DNA of 64,000 nucleotides from Fibrobacteria bacterium (GTDB lineage: Bacteria > Fibrobacterota > Fibrobacteria > UBA11236). The notes below the pieces were generated by a model. The model saw nothing but the letters and a program-made list of their open reading frames with translations, did not search any database and had not been told where the DNA came from. The stretch spans positions 6,190 to 70,189 of the forward strand of contig JADGQO010000076.1 of the NCBI GenBank assembly GCA_017881725.1, written 5' to 3'. Made by a program: the position numbers and the translations under genes. This document shows positions 1 to 10,412 of the stretch, one piece after another. Position 1 is the stretch's first letter; each line of letters starts with the position of its first letter.

Positions 1-69
1 CGCCGCGCCGGTGCCGACGCCATCCTGACCTATGCCGCTATGGAAATGGCGGAGAAGATTCACGGGTGA
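1..69 (+). CDS. hemB: 3' end of porphobilinogen synthase (ALA dehydratase), partial
   Basis: Frame 1 reads RRAGADAILTYAAMEMAEKIHG*, matching the HemB C-terminal xRAGADxIxTY motif. Confidence 0.85.
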   Translation, partial: RRAGADAILTYAAMEMAEKIHG

Positions 70-74
70 GACTT

Positions 75-222
75 GGGAAATCAAAAGTCAGAAGCTAGAG
101 GTAAAAAGTTAAAATGAGGGATCCGCTGAACCGTCAATGGCCTAGTATAACAACCACGGTGGGATCACTGCATTTTTCTTCACTTTTAACTTTTAACTTC
201 TCCTCTCCGATTTCTGACTTTT
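75..222. repeat. Intergenic inverted-repeat element with 7-nt periodic arms (copy 1)
   Basis: AAAAGTCAGAA (83-93) is the exact reverse complement of TTCTGACTTTT (212-222); arms are built of heptamers such as caaaagt/cagaagc/aaaaagt and cactttt/aactttt/aacttct. Confidence 0.7.
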
Positions 223-255
223 CCATTCGCCTCGCAGCATTCGCTTAGGTTATCG

Positions 256-1023
256 ATGCTCACCGACTTGCATCTCCACAAATACCTCGAAGGCATGCTC
301 TCCGACGCTGAGAACCAGGAAGTCGAAGCCTTGATCGAGAAAAACCCGGTGATGAAAGCTCGCCTGGAGACATTGAAAAACCAAAGCCTGGTCCTGGGCA
401 AGCCGACTTGGCAACGCGTTCTCTTGGAACGCGGGAATCGCAGCGGCAGCCGCACGCGTTATACCACCTTATTGCCTGCGCTCTTGATGCTGGTAGTGGT
501 GTTGATGGTGACCCAGCATTGGTTCGCGAAGCCGGGTGAAAACTCCACGTTTACAATGAGCGGCGGCAACGGCGAGGCGATGGAATTGCTTTACAACTCC
601 ACCTCGGGTTGGCGGTATCTTGACGTCGGCTTCCGACCCGGTGATACGCTGAGTTTTTCCGTACGCGACGGCGGATCGCATCATGTCGCCGTATACGCGA
701 TATATGGAAAAGGCGAGGGAGCGACGGTCACGCGCCCCTTCAAGGATGATGCGGAGAAGATTTTCTCCAAAGTGTCCGCAAAACCGGTTTTTACTTTGGC
801 CCCACTCTCGCAAGCATCGGCATTAATCAATTCGGCTTCCCATGGCTCTGGAACCACAGCTTCAGAAACTTCCTCCGCCCTACCCTCGCAAATCGTTGTC
901 TGCTATGGGAATAAGCCCCTTACGGAAATTTCCGATGCGAACCTTCTGGAGATTCTCGCGAACCACGGGAACGAGCGCGGTGGCCTGGAATTTCAATATC
1001 AAGTTTTTTCCTCTGGTCATTGA
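256..1023 (+). CDS. Anti-sigma-factor-like single-pass membrane protein
   Basis: N-terminal LTDLHLHKYLEGMLSDAENQEVEALI resembles anti-sigma N-terminal helices; one TM segment (LLPALLMLVVVLMV); extracytoplasmic C-terminal domain. Confidence 0.5.
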   Translation: MLTDLHLHKYLEGMLSDAENQEVEALIEKNPVMKARLETLKNQSLVLGKPTWQRVLLERGNRSGSRTRYTTLLPALLMLVVVLMVTQHWFAKPGENSTFTMSGGNGEAMELLYNSTSGWRYLDVGFRPGDTLSFSVRDGGSHHVAVYAIYGKGEGATVTRPFKDDAEKIFSKVSAKPVFTLAPLSQASALINSASHGSGTTASETSSALPSQIVVCYGNKPLTEISDANLLEILANHGNERGGLEFQYQVFSSGH

Positions 1024-1142
1024 TCTCTATATTGAATCAAAATTGACGAGTCATTACGGTAATGGTAATTTGCCAGAGCCGCTTTTACTGTGCATTTGAG
1101 CAGGTGTACAGCGGTCTTAAGACAAATCAGGGAATTTAAGCG

Positions 1143-3095
1143 ATGGCCAAACCCGCCGAAAAGGTGATTAAGAAAGACTCCCCATCCGACAAATCCGGGG
1201 GCTCGTCGTATGACGAGAGCAGCATCAAATCCCTGGATTGGATCGAACATATTCGGCTGAGGCCGGGCATGTATATCGGCAAGTTGGGAAATGGATCGAC
1301 GCCGGATGATGGAATTTACGTCCTGTTCAAGGAAATCCTCGATAACGCCATCGATGAATTCGTCATGGGCGCGGGCAAACAAATCGAAATTTCCATCGGC
1401 GAAGACGGGTCCTGCACCGTCCGCGATTTCGGCCGCGGCATCCCCTTGGGCAAAGTCGTGGACTGCGTGTCCAAGATCAATACCGGCGGCAAATACGACG
1501 GCGACGCGTTTAAAAAAAGCGTAGGCTTGAACGGCGTCGGATCCAAGGCCGTGAATGCGCTCTCCTCGTTTTTCAAAGTGCAATCCTTCCGCGACGGCCG
1601 GACCAAAGTCGCCACCTTTACCAAAGGCAAGCTCAAGGTCGACGAACGCGAGAAAGCCACGGACGAACCCAACGGCACCTTGATCAATTTCATGCCCGAC
1701 CCGGACTTGTTTCCCAAGTTTGCCTGGGTCTCCGAATTCCTGGAAGAGCGCATCTGGTACTACGTGTACCTCAACGCCGGCCTCGGAATTGCTTTTAACG
1801 GCCAGAAATACATTTCCAAAAACGGCCTCCTGGACTTGCTGACACGGCATACGGATGAGACCAAGCGCTATCCCATCATCCACTTCAAGGATGGGGACTT
1901 GGAGGCCGCGCTGACGCATGACAACAGCTATGGCGAACGCTATTACTCCTTCGTGAACGGACAGTTCACCACCGAGGGTGGAACGCATCTGGCCGCTTAC
2001 CGCGAAGGCATTATCCGTGCCTGCAAGGATTTTTACAAAAAGGAATTCGACGCCGCGGACATCCGGGCCTCCATTGTCGGGGCCATCTCCATCCGCATGC
2101 ACGAGCCGATCTTTGAATCGCAGACCAAAACCAAGCTCGGCTCCACCAACTACGACGAGAGTGGCAATTCCCTCCGCACCTGGATCGTGGATTTCACGCG
2201 CAAGCATCTGGAACAATACCTGCATAAGAATCCCGAAACCGCCAAGGAAATGCTGGCCAAAATCCAGCAAAGCGAAAAAGAACGCAAGGAAATGGCCGGC
2301 ATCCGGCGCCTGGCGAACGATCGCGCCAAGAAGGCCAGCCTGCACAATAAGAAGCTGCGGGATTGCAACGTGCATTGGAACTCGACGCATAAGCGCCGCG
2401 AGGATTCCAGCATTTTCATCACGGAAGGCGATTCGGCTTCCGGCTCCATCACCAAGGCTCGGGACGTCAATTACCAAGCCGTATTTTCCCTGAAGGGCAA
2501 GCCTCTCAATTGCTATGGCATGACGAAAAAGGTCGTGTACGAAAACGAGGAGTTCAATCTGCTCCAGCACGCCCTCAACATCGAGGAAGGTCTGGAAGAA
2601 CTGCGTTACAACCGGATCATCGTCGCTACCGACGCCGACGTGGACGGGGCGCATATCCGGCTCCTTTTGCTCACATTCCTATTGCAATTTTTCCCGGAGT
2701 TGATCGCACGCGGTCACGTGTACGTGCTGCAAACGCCGCTGTTCCGGGTGCGGAACAAAAAAGAGACCCATTACTGTTACAACGAGGGGGAAAAGCAAGC
2801 GGCCCTGAAAAAGCTGGGACGTAACGCAGAAATCACCCGCTTCAAAGGCTTGGGCGAAATTTCTCCGGATGAGTTCGAAGGGTTCATAGGCAAGGACATT
2901 CGGCTGGAACCGGTTATCCTTCAGGGCGATACCAAAATCCACGAGGTTTTGGAATATTTCATGGGCAAAAATACTCCCATGCGGCGCGATTTCATCATGG
3001 ACAATCTCCGCGTCGAAGAGGACGTGGTGGAAGACGCCGAGGCGCTCGTGGCCGCGCGGGATGCCGAGGCAGAATCCAAGGCTGGAGCAGAATAG
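1143..3095 (+). CDS. parE: DNA topoisomerase IV subunit B (GyrB/ParE family)
   Basis: [42 protein letters not shown] and RFKGLGE motifs. Confidence 0.9.
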   Translation: MAKPAEKVIKKDSPSDKSGGSSYDESSIKSLDWIEHIRLRPGMYIGKLGNGSTPDDGIYVLFKEILDNAIDEFVMGAGKQIEISIGEDGSCTVRDFGRGIPLGKVVDCVSKINTGGKYDGDAFKKSVGLNGVGSKAVNALSSFFKVQSFRDGRTKVATFTKGKLKVDEREKATDEPNGTLINFMPDPDLFPKFAWVSEFLEERIWYYVYLNAGLGIAFNGQKYISKNGLLDLLTRHTDETKRYPIIHFKDGDLEAALTHDNSYGERYYSFVNGQFTTEGGTHLAAYREGIIRACKDFYKKEFDAADIRASIVGAISIRMHEPIFESQTKTKLGSTNYDESGNSLRTWIVDFTRKHLEQYLHKNPETAKEMLAKIQQSEKERKEMAGIRRLANDRAKKASLHNKKLRDCNVHWNSTHKRREDSSIFITEGDSASGSITKARDVNYQAVFSLKGKPLNCYGMTKKVVYENEEFNLLQHALNIEEGLEELRYNRIIVATDADVDGAHIRLLLLTFLLQFFPELIARGHVYVLQTPLFRVRNKKETHYCYNEGEKQAALKKLGRNAEITRFKGLGEISPDEFEGFIGKDIRLEPVILQGDTKIHEVLEYFMGKNTPMRRDFIMDNLRVEEDVVEDAEALVAARDAEAESKAGAE

Positions 3096-3099
3096 ATTT

Positions 3100-3245
3100 T
3101 AAAAGTCAGATAGCAGAAGCAAAAAGTTAAAATTGAAAACTGTAAGAGGAGCATTTGAGACATATTCCAAATAGCAACCATCATGGTGCGAGAGCTCGGT
3201 ACGCTTTGACCTTTGACCTTTCCCTTTTAACTTTTGAATTTTCAC
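3100..3245. repeat. Intergenic inverted-repeat element with 7-nt periodic arms (copy 2)
   Basis: Left arm taaaagt cagatag cagaagc aaaaagt taaaatt gaaaact; right arm ctttgac ctttgac ctttccc ttttaac ttttgaa ttttcac; shares AAAAGTCAGA and AAAAAGTTAAAAT with the 75-222 element. Confidence 0.7.
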
Positions 3246-3276
3246 AACGCCCAGTAAGTCCCCTTTGAAGGATCCC

Positions 3277-5268
3277 ATGGCTGCCAATACCCTCAAGGAC
3301 CATATCCCCCATGTTCAGGACATGTACAAGGAGTACTTCCTGGATTACGCCTCCTATGTGATTACCGATCGCGCCGTGCCGCATCTGGCGGACGGACTTA
3401 AGCCCGTGCAGCGCCGCATCCTGCACAGTCTGCGCCAAGAGGAAGATGGCCGGTTCCACAAGGTCGCGAATATCATTGGCCAGACCATGAAATACCATCC
3501 TCACGGGGACGCGGCCATCGGCGACGCGCTCGTGAACCTGGGGCAAAAGAACTTGCTCATCGACACGCAAGGAAACTGGGGCGACCCGATGACCGGCGAC
3601 AGTGCGGCCGCCGCGCGTTATATCGAGGCCAAGCTCAGTAAATTCGCGCTCGACGTGGCTTTCAATCCGGCCACCACCACCTGGCAACGATCCTACGACG
3701 GGCGCAATCTGGAACCCGTTTTATTGCCCATGAAATTCCCGTTGCTGCTGGCGCAAGGCGCGGAAGGCATCGCCGTGGGCCTCGCCACCAAAATCGTCCC
3801 GCACAACTTCATCGAATTGATCGAATGCTGCATCGCGGTCCTGAAAAAGGAAAAGTTCAAGCTCCGGCCGGACTTCCCCACCGGCGGCTTGGTTGACATA
3901 TCCAACTACAATGACGGGCAAAGCGGCGGCAAGCTCAAGGTGCGCGCCAAAATCATCCAGGTGGACGCGCGGACTTTGGCCATCACGCACATTCCTTTCG
4001 GCACCACCACGGGAACCCTGATCGATTCCATCGTCACGGCCAATGACAAGGGCAAAATCAAAATCAAACGCATTGAGGATAAGACCGCCCGGGACGTGGA
4101 AATCGTCATTCATCTCCCGCCCGGATCCGATCCCGACAAGTCCGTCGACGCGCTGTACGCCTTCACGGATTGCGAATCTTCCATCTCGCCCAATTGCTGC
4201 GTCATCTTCGAGAACAAACCGGTTTTCGTCGGCGTCTCGGAGCTGTTGGAACTGAGCGTGCAGAATACCGTCAAGCTGCTCAAATCCGAGTTGGAAATCC
4301 GCAAGCAGGACTTATCCGAGAAATGGCATTTCAAGTCCCTGGAAAAGGTCTTCATCGAGGAACGGATTTACCGTCAAATCGAAAAATGCGAGACCTGGGA
4401 AGCCATCATCGAAACGATAGACAAGGGACTCCGTCCTTTCCGGAAGCAATTCGTCCGGGACGTCACAGTTGACGATATTACGCGCCTCACCGAAATCCGC
4501 ATCAAGCGCATCTCTCGCTTCGACGGTTTCAAGGCGGACGAGGAGATGCTGGTCCTGCAAAAGGAAATCGGGGAGACGGAAAAGAATCTCAAAAGCCTGA
4601 CCAAGTACGCTATCGGTTATTACGAAGACCTGATGGCCAAATACGGGAAAGGCCGCGAGCGTAAAACTAAGATTTCCCGCTTCGATGAAATCGATGCTTC
4701 CGAAGTGATCCTGTCCAACCTCAAGGTCTACATGGATCGCGAAAACGGCTTCGTAGGCACATCCGTACGCGACGGCGAGCTCATCGGCGACAACTTTTCC
4801 TCCATGGACGAAGTCATCGCCTTCAAGGAAGACGGCACCTTTGCGGTAACCAAGGTGGGCGATAAAAATTTCGTGGGCAACAAGATTATCTCGGCGGCGA
4901 AATTCGATCGCGCGGACGATCAAACGGTTTACAACATGCTCTACCGCGATGGCCGCGGCGGCGCGCTCCTGGCCAAACGCTTCCAGGTGGGTGGTATTAC
5001 GCGCGACAAGCAGTACGATTTGACCAAGGGAAGCCCCCAGAGCAAGGTCTGGTATTTGGAAGTGCAGCCCAAGGGCCTTGTCGACAAGGTGATGGTCACT
5101 TTGATCCCGCAACCGCGCATCAAGACCGAAGTGCCCGTGAACTTCGAAGAATTCGAAGTGCGGGCGCGAGGTACCAATGGCGCCATCGTAACCAAATATG
5201 CGGTGAAAAAGGTGGAGCGCAGGACCAAATTACGCGAACCGGAAGATGAAAAGGGCGGAAAGAAATAA
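3277..5268 (+). CDS. parC: DNA topoisomerase IV subunit A (GyrA/ParC family)
   Basis: DGLKPVQRR, YHPHGD and AAARY (catalytic Tyr); ATG 3277 preceded by GAAGGA; follows parE. Confidence 0.9.
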   Translation: MAANTLKDHIPHVQDMYKEYFLDYASYVITDRAVPHLADGLKPVQRRILHSLRQEEDGRFHKVANIIGQTMKYHPHGDAAIGDALVNLGQKNLLIDTQGNWGDPMTGDSAAAARYIEAKLSKFALDVAFNPATTTWQRSYDGRNLEPVLLPMKFPLLLAQGAEGIAVGLATKIVPHNFIELIECCIAVLKKEKFKLRPDFPTGGLVDISNYNDGQSGGKLKVRAKIIQVDARTLAITHIPFGTTTGTLIDSIVTANDKGKIKIKRIEDKTARDVEIVIHLPPGSDPDKSVDALYAFTDCESSISPNCCVIFENKPVFVGVSELLELSVQNTVKLLKSELEIRKQDLSEKWHFKSLEKVFIEERIYRQIEKCETWEAIIETIDKGLRPFRKQFVRDVTVDDITRLTEIRIKRISRFDGFKADEEMLVLQKEIGETEKNLKSLTKYAIGYYEDLMAKYGKGRERKTKISRFDEIDASEVILSNLKVYMDRENGFVGTSVRDGELIGDNFSSMDEVIAFKEDGTFAVTKVGDKNFVGNKIISAAKFDRADDQTVYNMLYRDGRGGALLAKRFQVGGITRDKQYDLTKGSPQSKVWYLEVQPKGLVDKVMVTLIPQPRIKTEVPVNFEEFEVRARGTNGAIVTKYAVKKVERRTKLREPEDEKGGKK

Positions 5269-5287
5269 GGTAACCGAGAGGTTACCT
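5268..5287. terminator. Hairpin between convergent parC and dps (terminator or operator)
   Basis: Perfect 8-bp stem AGGTAACC-GAGA-GGTTACCT; no U-tract. Confidence 0.35.
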
Positions 5288-5349
5288 GGGTAAGTACAGC
5301 GCCAATGGGGCCATTGCCTCAATCCCCACCGCGCGCCTTGGCTACTCGC

Positions 5350-5871
5350 TTATCGCCCTGCCTGCGCGTGGGCTTCCACGAACCACAGCCACTTGTCGAT
5401 GCCGCGGGAAACCTCGGTAAAAATATCGGCCGTATCAAAATCTTTCAACTCGGTACTTTCCGGAATGGATTCCCGAACCTCGGCGCCGAACCGGGACAAT
5501 GCCCCAGCCACGGCATGGACATGGGCCGACCCATCCGCAATCGCCAAGGGATACTCGGACAATTTTGAACGCTTCGCCGATACCCGCACCGTGCCTTCCG
5601 CGATGCCGCCCAATTGCACGATGCGTTCCGCCAGCGTATCGGCGTAAACGCCGACGGCTTCCGTAACTTTATCGAAAAGCTCGTGCAAGGCGATGAAATT
5701 CGGGCCCTTTACGTTCCAATGCGCCTGTTTCAATTGCATCTGTAAATCTACCGCGTCGGCAAGCCGGAGGTTCAACAGGGCGTTCAAGGCCTCGCGCCGG
5801 TCCTTGTCGATATCGTTTTGGGTCTCGTACATCTTCTTGGTCGTGTTCGATTCAGCGGTTTTTGTGATCAT
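5350..5871 (-). CDS. dps: Dps DNA starvation/stationary-phase protection protein
   Basis: KQAHWNVKGPNFIALHELFD, DTLAERI and DKWLWFVEAH; GGAGG upstream of ATG 5871. Confidence 0.92.
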   Translation of the reverse strand: MITKTAESNTTKKMYETQNDIDKDRREALNALLNLRLADAVDLQMQLKQAHWNVKGPNFIALHELFDKVTEAVGVYADTLAERIVQLGGIAEGTVRVSAKRSKLSEYPLAIADGSAHVHAVAGALSRFGAEVRESIPESTELKDFDTADIFTEVSRGIDKWLWFVEAHAQAGR

Positions 5872-6081
5872 GCCGTTTTCCCTCCGGTTCCTGAATGCAT
5901 TCGGCGCCACACGGTTATTCGTAAACGCCTGAGGAATCCTTGCCGTGAAAATGTGCTCCAGCCCGCTCCGGGGAAATGGGGTTTAAACCCCATGTTTACC
6001 GAATGCCGTCATAACTATTTCCTCGATGAAAACCGGACTAAGGCAAGCGTCCTTTCCGAATCCCTTAACAAGGCATTGTGC

Positions 6082-9000
6082 ATGGTACTAGCCGCGCCCC
6101 TAAAAGACGCCGAATCTGTCGTTGCGGAGAACCGGTTCGTTCCGGTCGTCGACATCGGCGCCTCAGCGGGAGGCCTGGAGGCCTTCACGCAATTGTTGGG
6201 AAATTTACCCGCCCAATCGGGCATGGCATACGTGCTTATCCAACATTTGGAAGCGGCGCATGAAAGCCATCTGGCGGAAATTCTTTCGAAAACAACTTCG
6301 CTACCTGTGTTGGAAGTTACTGACGGCATGGCTGTCGCCCCTGACCACGTTTATGTCATCCCATCCAATGCAAACCTGGCTATTTCCCATGGCATTCTTC
6401 AACTCACGTCACGGGAAGAGTCGCCCGGAACGCATTTGCCCATCGATTTTTTTCTGCGGTCGCTGGCGCATGACAACCAAAAGAATGCCATCGGCGTGGT
6501 TTTGTCCGGTACTGGATCGGACGGCACCTTGGGACTGGCGGAAATCAAGGCGGCGGGAGGCATCACTTTCACGCAGGATGAATCCTCCTCAAAATTTCCC
6601 GCCATGCCGGTCAATGCTGCGGCTCAAGGCGGTGTGGACTTTATTTTGCACCCGGGAGAGATCGCGGACGAACTGGCGCGCATCGGCAGACACGCCTACC
6701 TGGGCATATCACCCGATTCCCCGGACGGGGCTTTTTCCGAATCCATGGCTGATTATGTCTCCATTGTCGCCCACTTGCGGGAATATTCGGGCGTGGACTT
6801 CAGCAATTACCGCGACTCCACCTTGCGTCGGCGCATCCTGAGACGCATGGCGGTAGGCAAGCTGGATAAACTTTCCGACTACGCCCAACGACTGAAGGCT
6901 GACCCGGTGGAAATGAAAGCCTTGTACCAGGATATCCTCATCCATGTCACACGGTTTTTTCGGGACGGCGAAGTCTTCGCGGCCCTCGCGACATCGGCAC
7001 TGCCGGCCATCCAAAAATCCAAGGCTCCGGGAGACACCATACGGGTTTGGGTCGCGGGCTGCGCGACGGGCCAAGAGGCCTATTCCATCGCCATCGCCCT
7101 TAGGGAATTCCAAGACGGCCAGGAAGTGCGCTGCACCATCCGCATTTTCGCCAGTGACATCAGCGAGTCCCCGTCCTTGGAGCGGGCCAGGGCCGGCTAC
7201 TATCCCGAAACCATCGAACAGGATGTTTCCGCAGATCGTCTACGCCGCTTTTTCCGGAAAGAGGAAAACGGCTACCGCATCTGCAGGGAAATCCGGGAAA
7301 TGTGCACCTTCGCCAAGCATGACGTGACGGCCGATCCGCCCTTCGCAAAACTGGATTTAATCAGCTGCCGAAACGTACTCATCTATTTTTCGGCATCCTT
7401 GCAGCGGCGAATCATTTCCGCATTCCACTACGCCTTGATCCCCGGCGGATTTCTTCTGCTGGGAAATTCCGAAACCATCGGACGGGATACGGATCTTTTC
7501 GATCCAATCGATCCCCAACGAAAAATCTATGTCCGAAAAATGGCCGCGGTCCGGTTGCCGGTACTCGTCCCCAAAGGTGTGGAAGTGAAAACCAAGGGCA
7601 AGGCCAAATCCAACCTACGCATGCCCACGCCGTTGGACTTCCAGCAAGCGGCCGATCGCTTGTTGTTGCGGAAATTCGTACCGCCCGGAGTGCTGGTCAA
7701 CAAGGATATGGACGTCCTGCAATTCCGTGGCCGCACCAGCCCTTTCCTGGAATTGCCGCAAGCGGGAACCACCTTGAACCTCGCCCGGATGGCGCAGGAA
7801 AGCCTTTCGTTGGAATTGCTCAAGGCGATTCAGGAATGCGAAAAGTCCGGCGCTCCGGTGCATAGGCCGGGGCTGAGCATCATGGATTGCAATCTGCTCC
7901 GCAAGGTCGATGTGGAAGTGCAACCCCTCACCGTGCCCGGAGCGGGCGAAGTCTGTTACCTGGTTCTCTTCGACGAATCGGAAAAACCCATCCCGGTCTC
8001 CACGCCAGCGCGTGAGGGTGGCCCGGACGAAGGGAAGCTGTCCCAACTACTCCTGGAACTTGCCGCGGCGCGCGAGCATTTGCAGACCTTGCGCGAGCAA
8101 TGCGAAGTCGTGAACGAAGAGATGAAATCCTCTTCCGAGGAAATGGAATCCAGCAACGAGGAATTGCAAAGCACCAATGAGGAGTTGGAAACCGCGAAGG
8201 AGGAACTGCAATCCGGCAATGAAGAGCTGGGCACCATGAACGAGGAACTGCGTTCACGGAACCAGGAGCTGGGGCGACTCAACGATGATTTGACCAACTT
8301 ACTGCGAAGCGTGCAAATCCCCATCGTCATGTTGGGAGCCGATCTAGCCATCCGCCGCTTCACGCCCGCTGCGGCCGAGGCCTGGCGCTTGACGACGGCG
8401 GACATCGGGAAGCCCATCGGCAAGGTGAAGATTCCCATCCCGAATTTCGATTTGCAAAAACTCGTTCGGGACGTGATGGCATCGCCGTCCCACGAGGTTG
8501 CTTCCCTGGAAATTCGCGATCAGGACGGCCACTGGTTCGCCTTGAAAATCCACCCCTACCATGCCGCCGATGATTCCATAGACGGGGCTTTGGTGGTGGT
8601 CCTGGACATCGACGAATTGAAACAAACGCAACAGCGCCTTAAGAACAGCGGCGACTTCGCCCGTTCCATCGTGGACACGGTGCGGGAACCGCTTCTCATC
8701 CTGGAAAAGGATTTACGCATCCATTCCGCCAACCTTTCCTATTACCACCTGTTCGGTGGCTTGCCCCAGGATACCGAAGGAGTGTCCATTCAGGCCGTGG
8801 GCGGAGGCAGGTGGAGCATACCGGAACTGGTTGCCCGGTTGCAAAAGTCTCCCGATTCGGAAAAGCCTTTTGAAGACTTCGAAGTGGTATACGGCCCACC
8901 GGAAGGCCGCCAATCCACGTACTCGTTGAATGCCAGGCGGCTGCTGGAAAACGGCGGCAATACAACTTACACGCTCCTGGCGATCAACGACATCACCGAA

Positions 9001-10224
9001 CGCGTACGCGCCCAAGCCGCCCAGAAGGATAACGAAGAAAAACTACGTCAATCCCAACGCATGGAAGCCATCGGTAGGCTGGCCGGAGGAGTGGCCCATG
9101 ACTTCAACAACCTGCTGACGATCATCAATGGATACGGCTCATTGTGCCTCAGCCTCATGCCGGAAGACGGCGACCTCCATAAACATATGAAGGAAATCCT
9201 GAAAGCCGGAGACCTGGCCGCTGCCCTAACCGGACAATTGCTGGCCTATAGCCGCAAGCAGGTGCTGATGGCCCGTTCCTTGAACCTGAACGAAATCGTC
9301 GCCAATATGCACAGCATGCTGACGCGATTGATCGGCGAGCGGTACAGCCTCGTTCTGGAACTGGACGACGCGCTAAACCATGTCAAGGCGGACCCGGGAC
9401 AAATGGAACAGGTAATGGTGAATTTGATTGTGAATGCGCGCGACGCGTCGCCCAGCGGAGGCGACATCACGGTGAAAACGGAAAATGCCAACGTCGATGC
9501 GGCGGATGCACATTTGACCAGCATGGGGCTGCGGGGAGATTATGTGGTCCTATCCGTCAAGGATAGCGGTATCGGCATGGACGCGGACATGCAAAAGCAC
9601 ATTTTCGATCCATTTTTCACAACCAAGGAGATTGGCAAAGGCACCGGCCTCGGCCTGTCCGTGGTCCAAGGCATCGTATCCCAAAGCGAGGGGTATGTCG
9701 CGGTGGAAAGCAAACCGGATATCGGATCTACTTTCAAAATCTACCTCCCGCGTGAAGCCTCCAACGCCTCTCCAAAACTTCCGAAGAATGAAAAGCCGAT
9801 CGCCCAATCCAACGGGACGGAAACCATTCTACTGGTAGAAGATGAAGAAGCCGTACGAAATTTGATACAGAAAATCCTCGCCATGAACGGCTACACGGTC
9901 CTGGAAGCCGAAAGCGGAAAAGCCGCCTTGCGCCTCAATGAGAAACACAAAAAAAAGACGATTCAGCTCCTGCTTACCGATATGGTAATGCCTGGAATGG
10001 GCGGACGGGAGGTAGCCGATCTGTTCATGAAGACCCGTCCGGAAAGTAGCGTGTTGTTCATGTCCGGATATACCGAGGACGCCATATTCAACCACACCGG
10101 CGTGCTCCGAAAAGATCAGAATTTCATTCCGAAGCCGTTCACACCCACCGCTCTGGCGAATGCGGTCCGCGAAGTCCTGGATTTTGCGCGCGAACCGCTC
10201 GCGCGCGAAGCCGTGAAGGAATGA
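6082..10224 (+). CDS. CheB-CheR-PAS fusion hybrid histidine kinase with receiver domain
   Basis: CheB GASAGG/IQH/GTGSDG; Che[14 protein letters not shown] and [12 protein letters not shown]; [14 protein letters not shown] coil; AHDFNNLL H-box; GKGTGLGL; receiver [11 protein letters not shown]. Start uncertain (ORF open from 5818). Confidence 0.88.
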   Translation: MVLAAPLKDAESVVAENRFVPVVDIGASAGGLEAFTQLLGNLPAQSGMAYVLIQHLEAAHESHLAEILSKTTSLPVLEVTDGMAVAPDHVYVIPSNANLAISHGILQLTSREESPGTHLPIDFFLRSLAHDNQKNAIGVVLSGTGSDGTLGLAEIKAAGGITFTQDESSSKFPAMPVNAAAQGGVDFILHPGEIADELARIGRHAYLGISPDSPDGAFSESMADYVSIVAHLREYSGVDFSNYRDSTLRRRILRRMAVGKLDKLSDYAQRLKADPVEMKALYQDILIHVTRFFRDGEVFAALATSALPAIQKSKAPGDTIRVWVAGCATGQEAYSIAIALREFQDGQEVRCTIRIFASDISESPSLERARAGYYPETIEQDVSADRLRRFFRKEENGYRICREIREMCTFAKHDVTADPPFAKLDLISCRNVLIYFSASLQRRIISAFHYALIPGGFLLLGNSETIGRDTDLFDPIDPQRKIYVRKMAAVRLPVLVPKGVEVKTKGKAKSNLRMPTPLDFQQAADRLLLRKFVPPGVLVNKDMDVLQFRGRTSPFLELPQAGTTLNLARMAQESLSLELLKAIQECEKSGAPVHRPGLSIMDCNLLRKVDVEVQPLTVPGAGEVCYLVLFDESEKPIPVSTPAREGGPDEGKLSQLLLELAAAREHLQTLREQCEVVNEEMKSSSEEMESSNEELQSTNEELETAKEELQSGNEELGTMNEELRSRNQELGRLNDDLTNLLRSVQIPIVMLGADLAIRRFTPAAAEAWRLTTADIGKPIGKVKIPIPNFDLQKLVRDVMASPSHEVASLEIRDQDGHWFALKIHPYHAADDSIDGALVVVLDIDELKQTQQRLKNSGDFARSIVDTVREPLLILEKDLRIHSANLSYYHLFGGLPQDTEGVSIQAVGGGRWSIPELVARLQKSPDSEKPFEDFEVVYGPPEGRQSTYSLNARRLLENGGNTTYTLLAINDITERVRAQAAQKDNEEKLRQSQRMEAIGRLAGGVAHDFNNLLTIINGYGSLCLSLMPEDGDLHKHMKEILKAGDLAAALTGQLLAYSRKQVLMARSLNLNEIVANMHSMLTRLIGERYSLVLELDDALNHVKADPGQMEQVMVNLIVNARDASPSGGDITVKTENANVDAADAHLTSMGLRGDYVVLSVKDSGIGMDADMQKHIFDPFFTTKEIGKGTGLGLSVVQGIVSQSEGYVAVESKPDIGSTFKIYLPREASNASPKLPKNEKPIAQSNGTETILLVEDEEAVRNLIQKILAMNGYTVLEAESGKAALRLNEKHKKKTIQLLLTDMVMPGMGGREVADLFMKTRPESSVLFMSGYTEDAIFNHTGVLRKDQNFIPKPFTPTALANAVREVLDFAREPLAREAVKE

Positions 10225-10412
10225 AATGGAGACGATAGTGTCCCTTTTACGCCAACCCGGCTATCCTGAAAATGAGAACTTGGATTTCACATTCGCGAAA
10301 CCTTGTTTAGTCAAAGACAAGCAGCGAGATTATCCAGCGAGGAAAGGAACCGTACTTGGACAAATCAACTTTTCCATCCCAGCGTCCTTTTTTCGGATCC
10401 ACAATTAAAACC

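Noticed and set aside
1017-2654. 545-aa minus-strand ORF
   Set aside because: Antisense shadow of parE caused by codon bias; no motifs
6043-6057. Possible sigma54 site for dps
   Set aside because: GG-to-GC spacing is 11 nt, not the strict 10
5818-6081. N-terminal extension of the CheB/CheR ORF
   Set aside because: Overlaps the dps start and the divergent promoter region; homology begins near 6082
8140-8290. Repetitive AACGAGGAA-like DNA
   Set aside because: Encodes the normal NEEL coiled coil of CheB/CheR fusions; not a DNA repeat element
10226-10408. 60-aa ORF as a split receiver domain of the sigma54 activator
   Set aside because: No receiver motifs recognised in the translation
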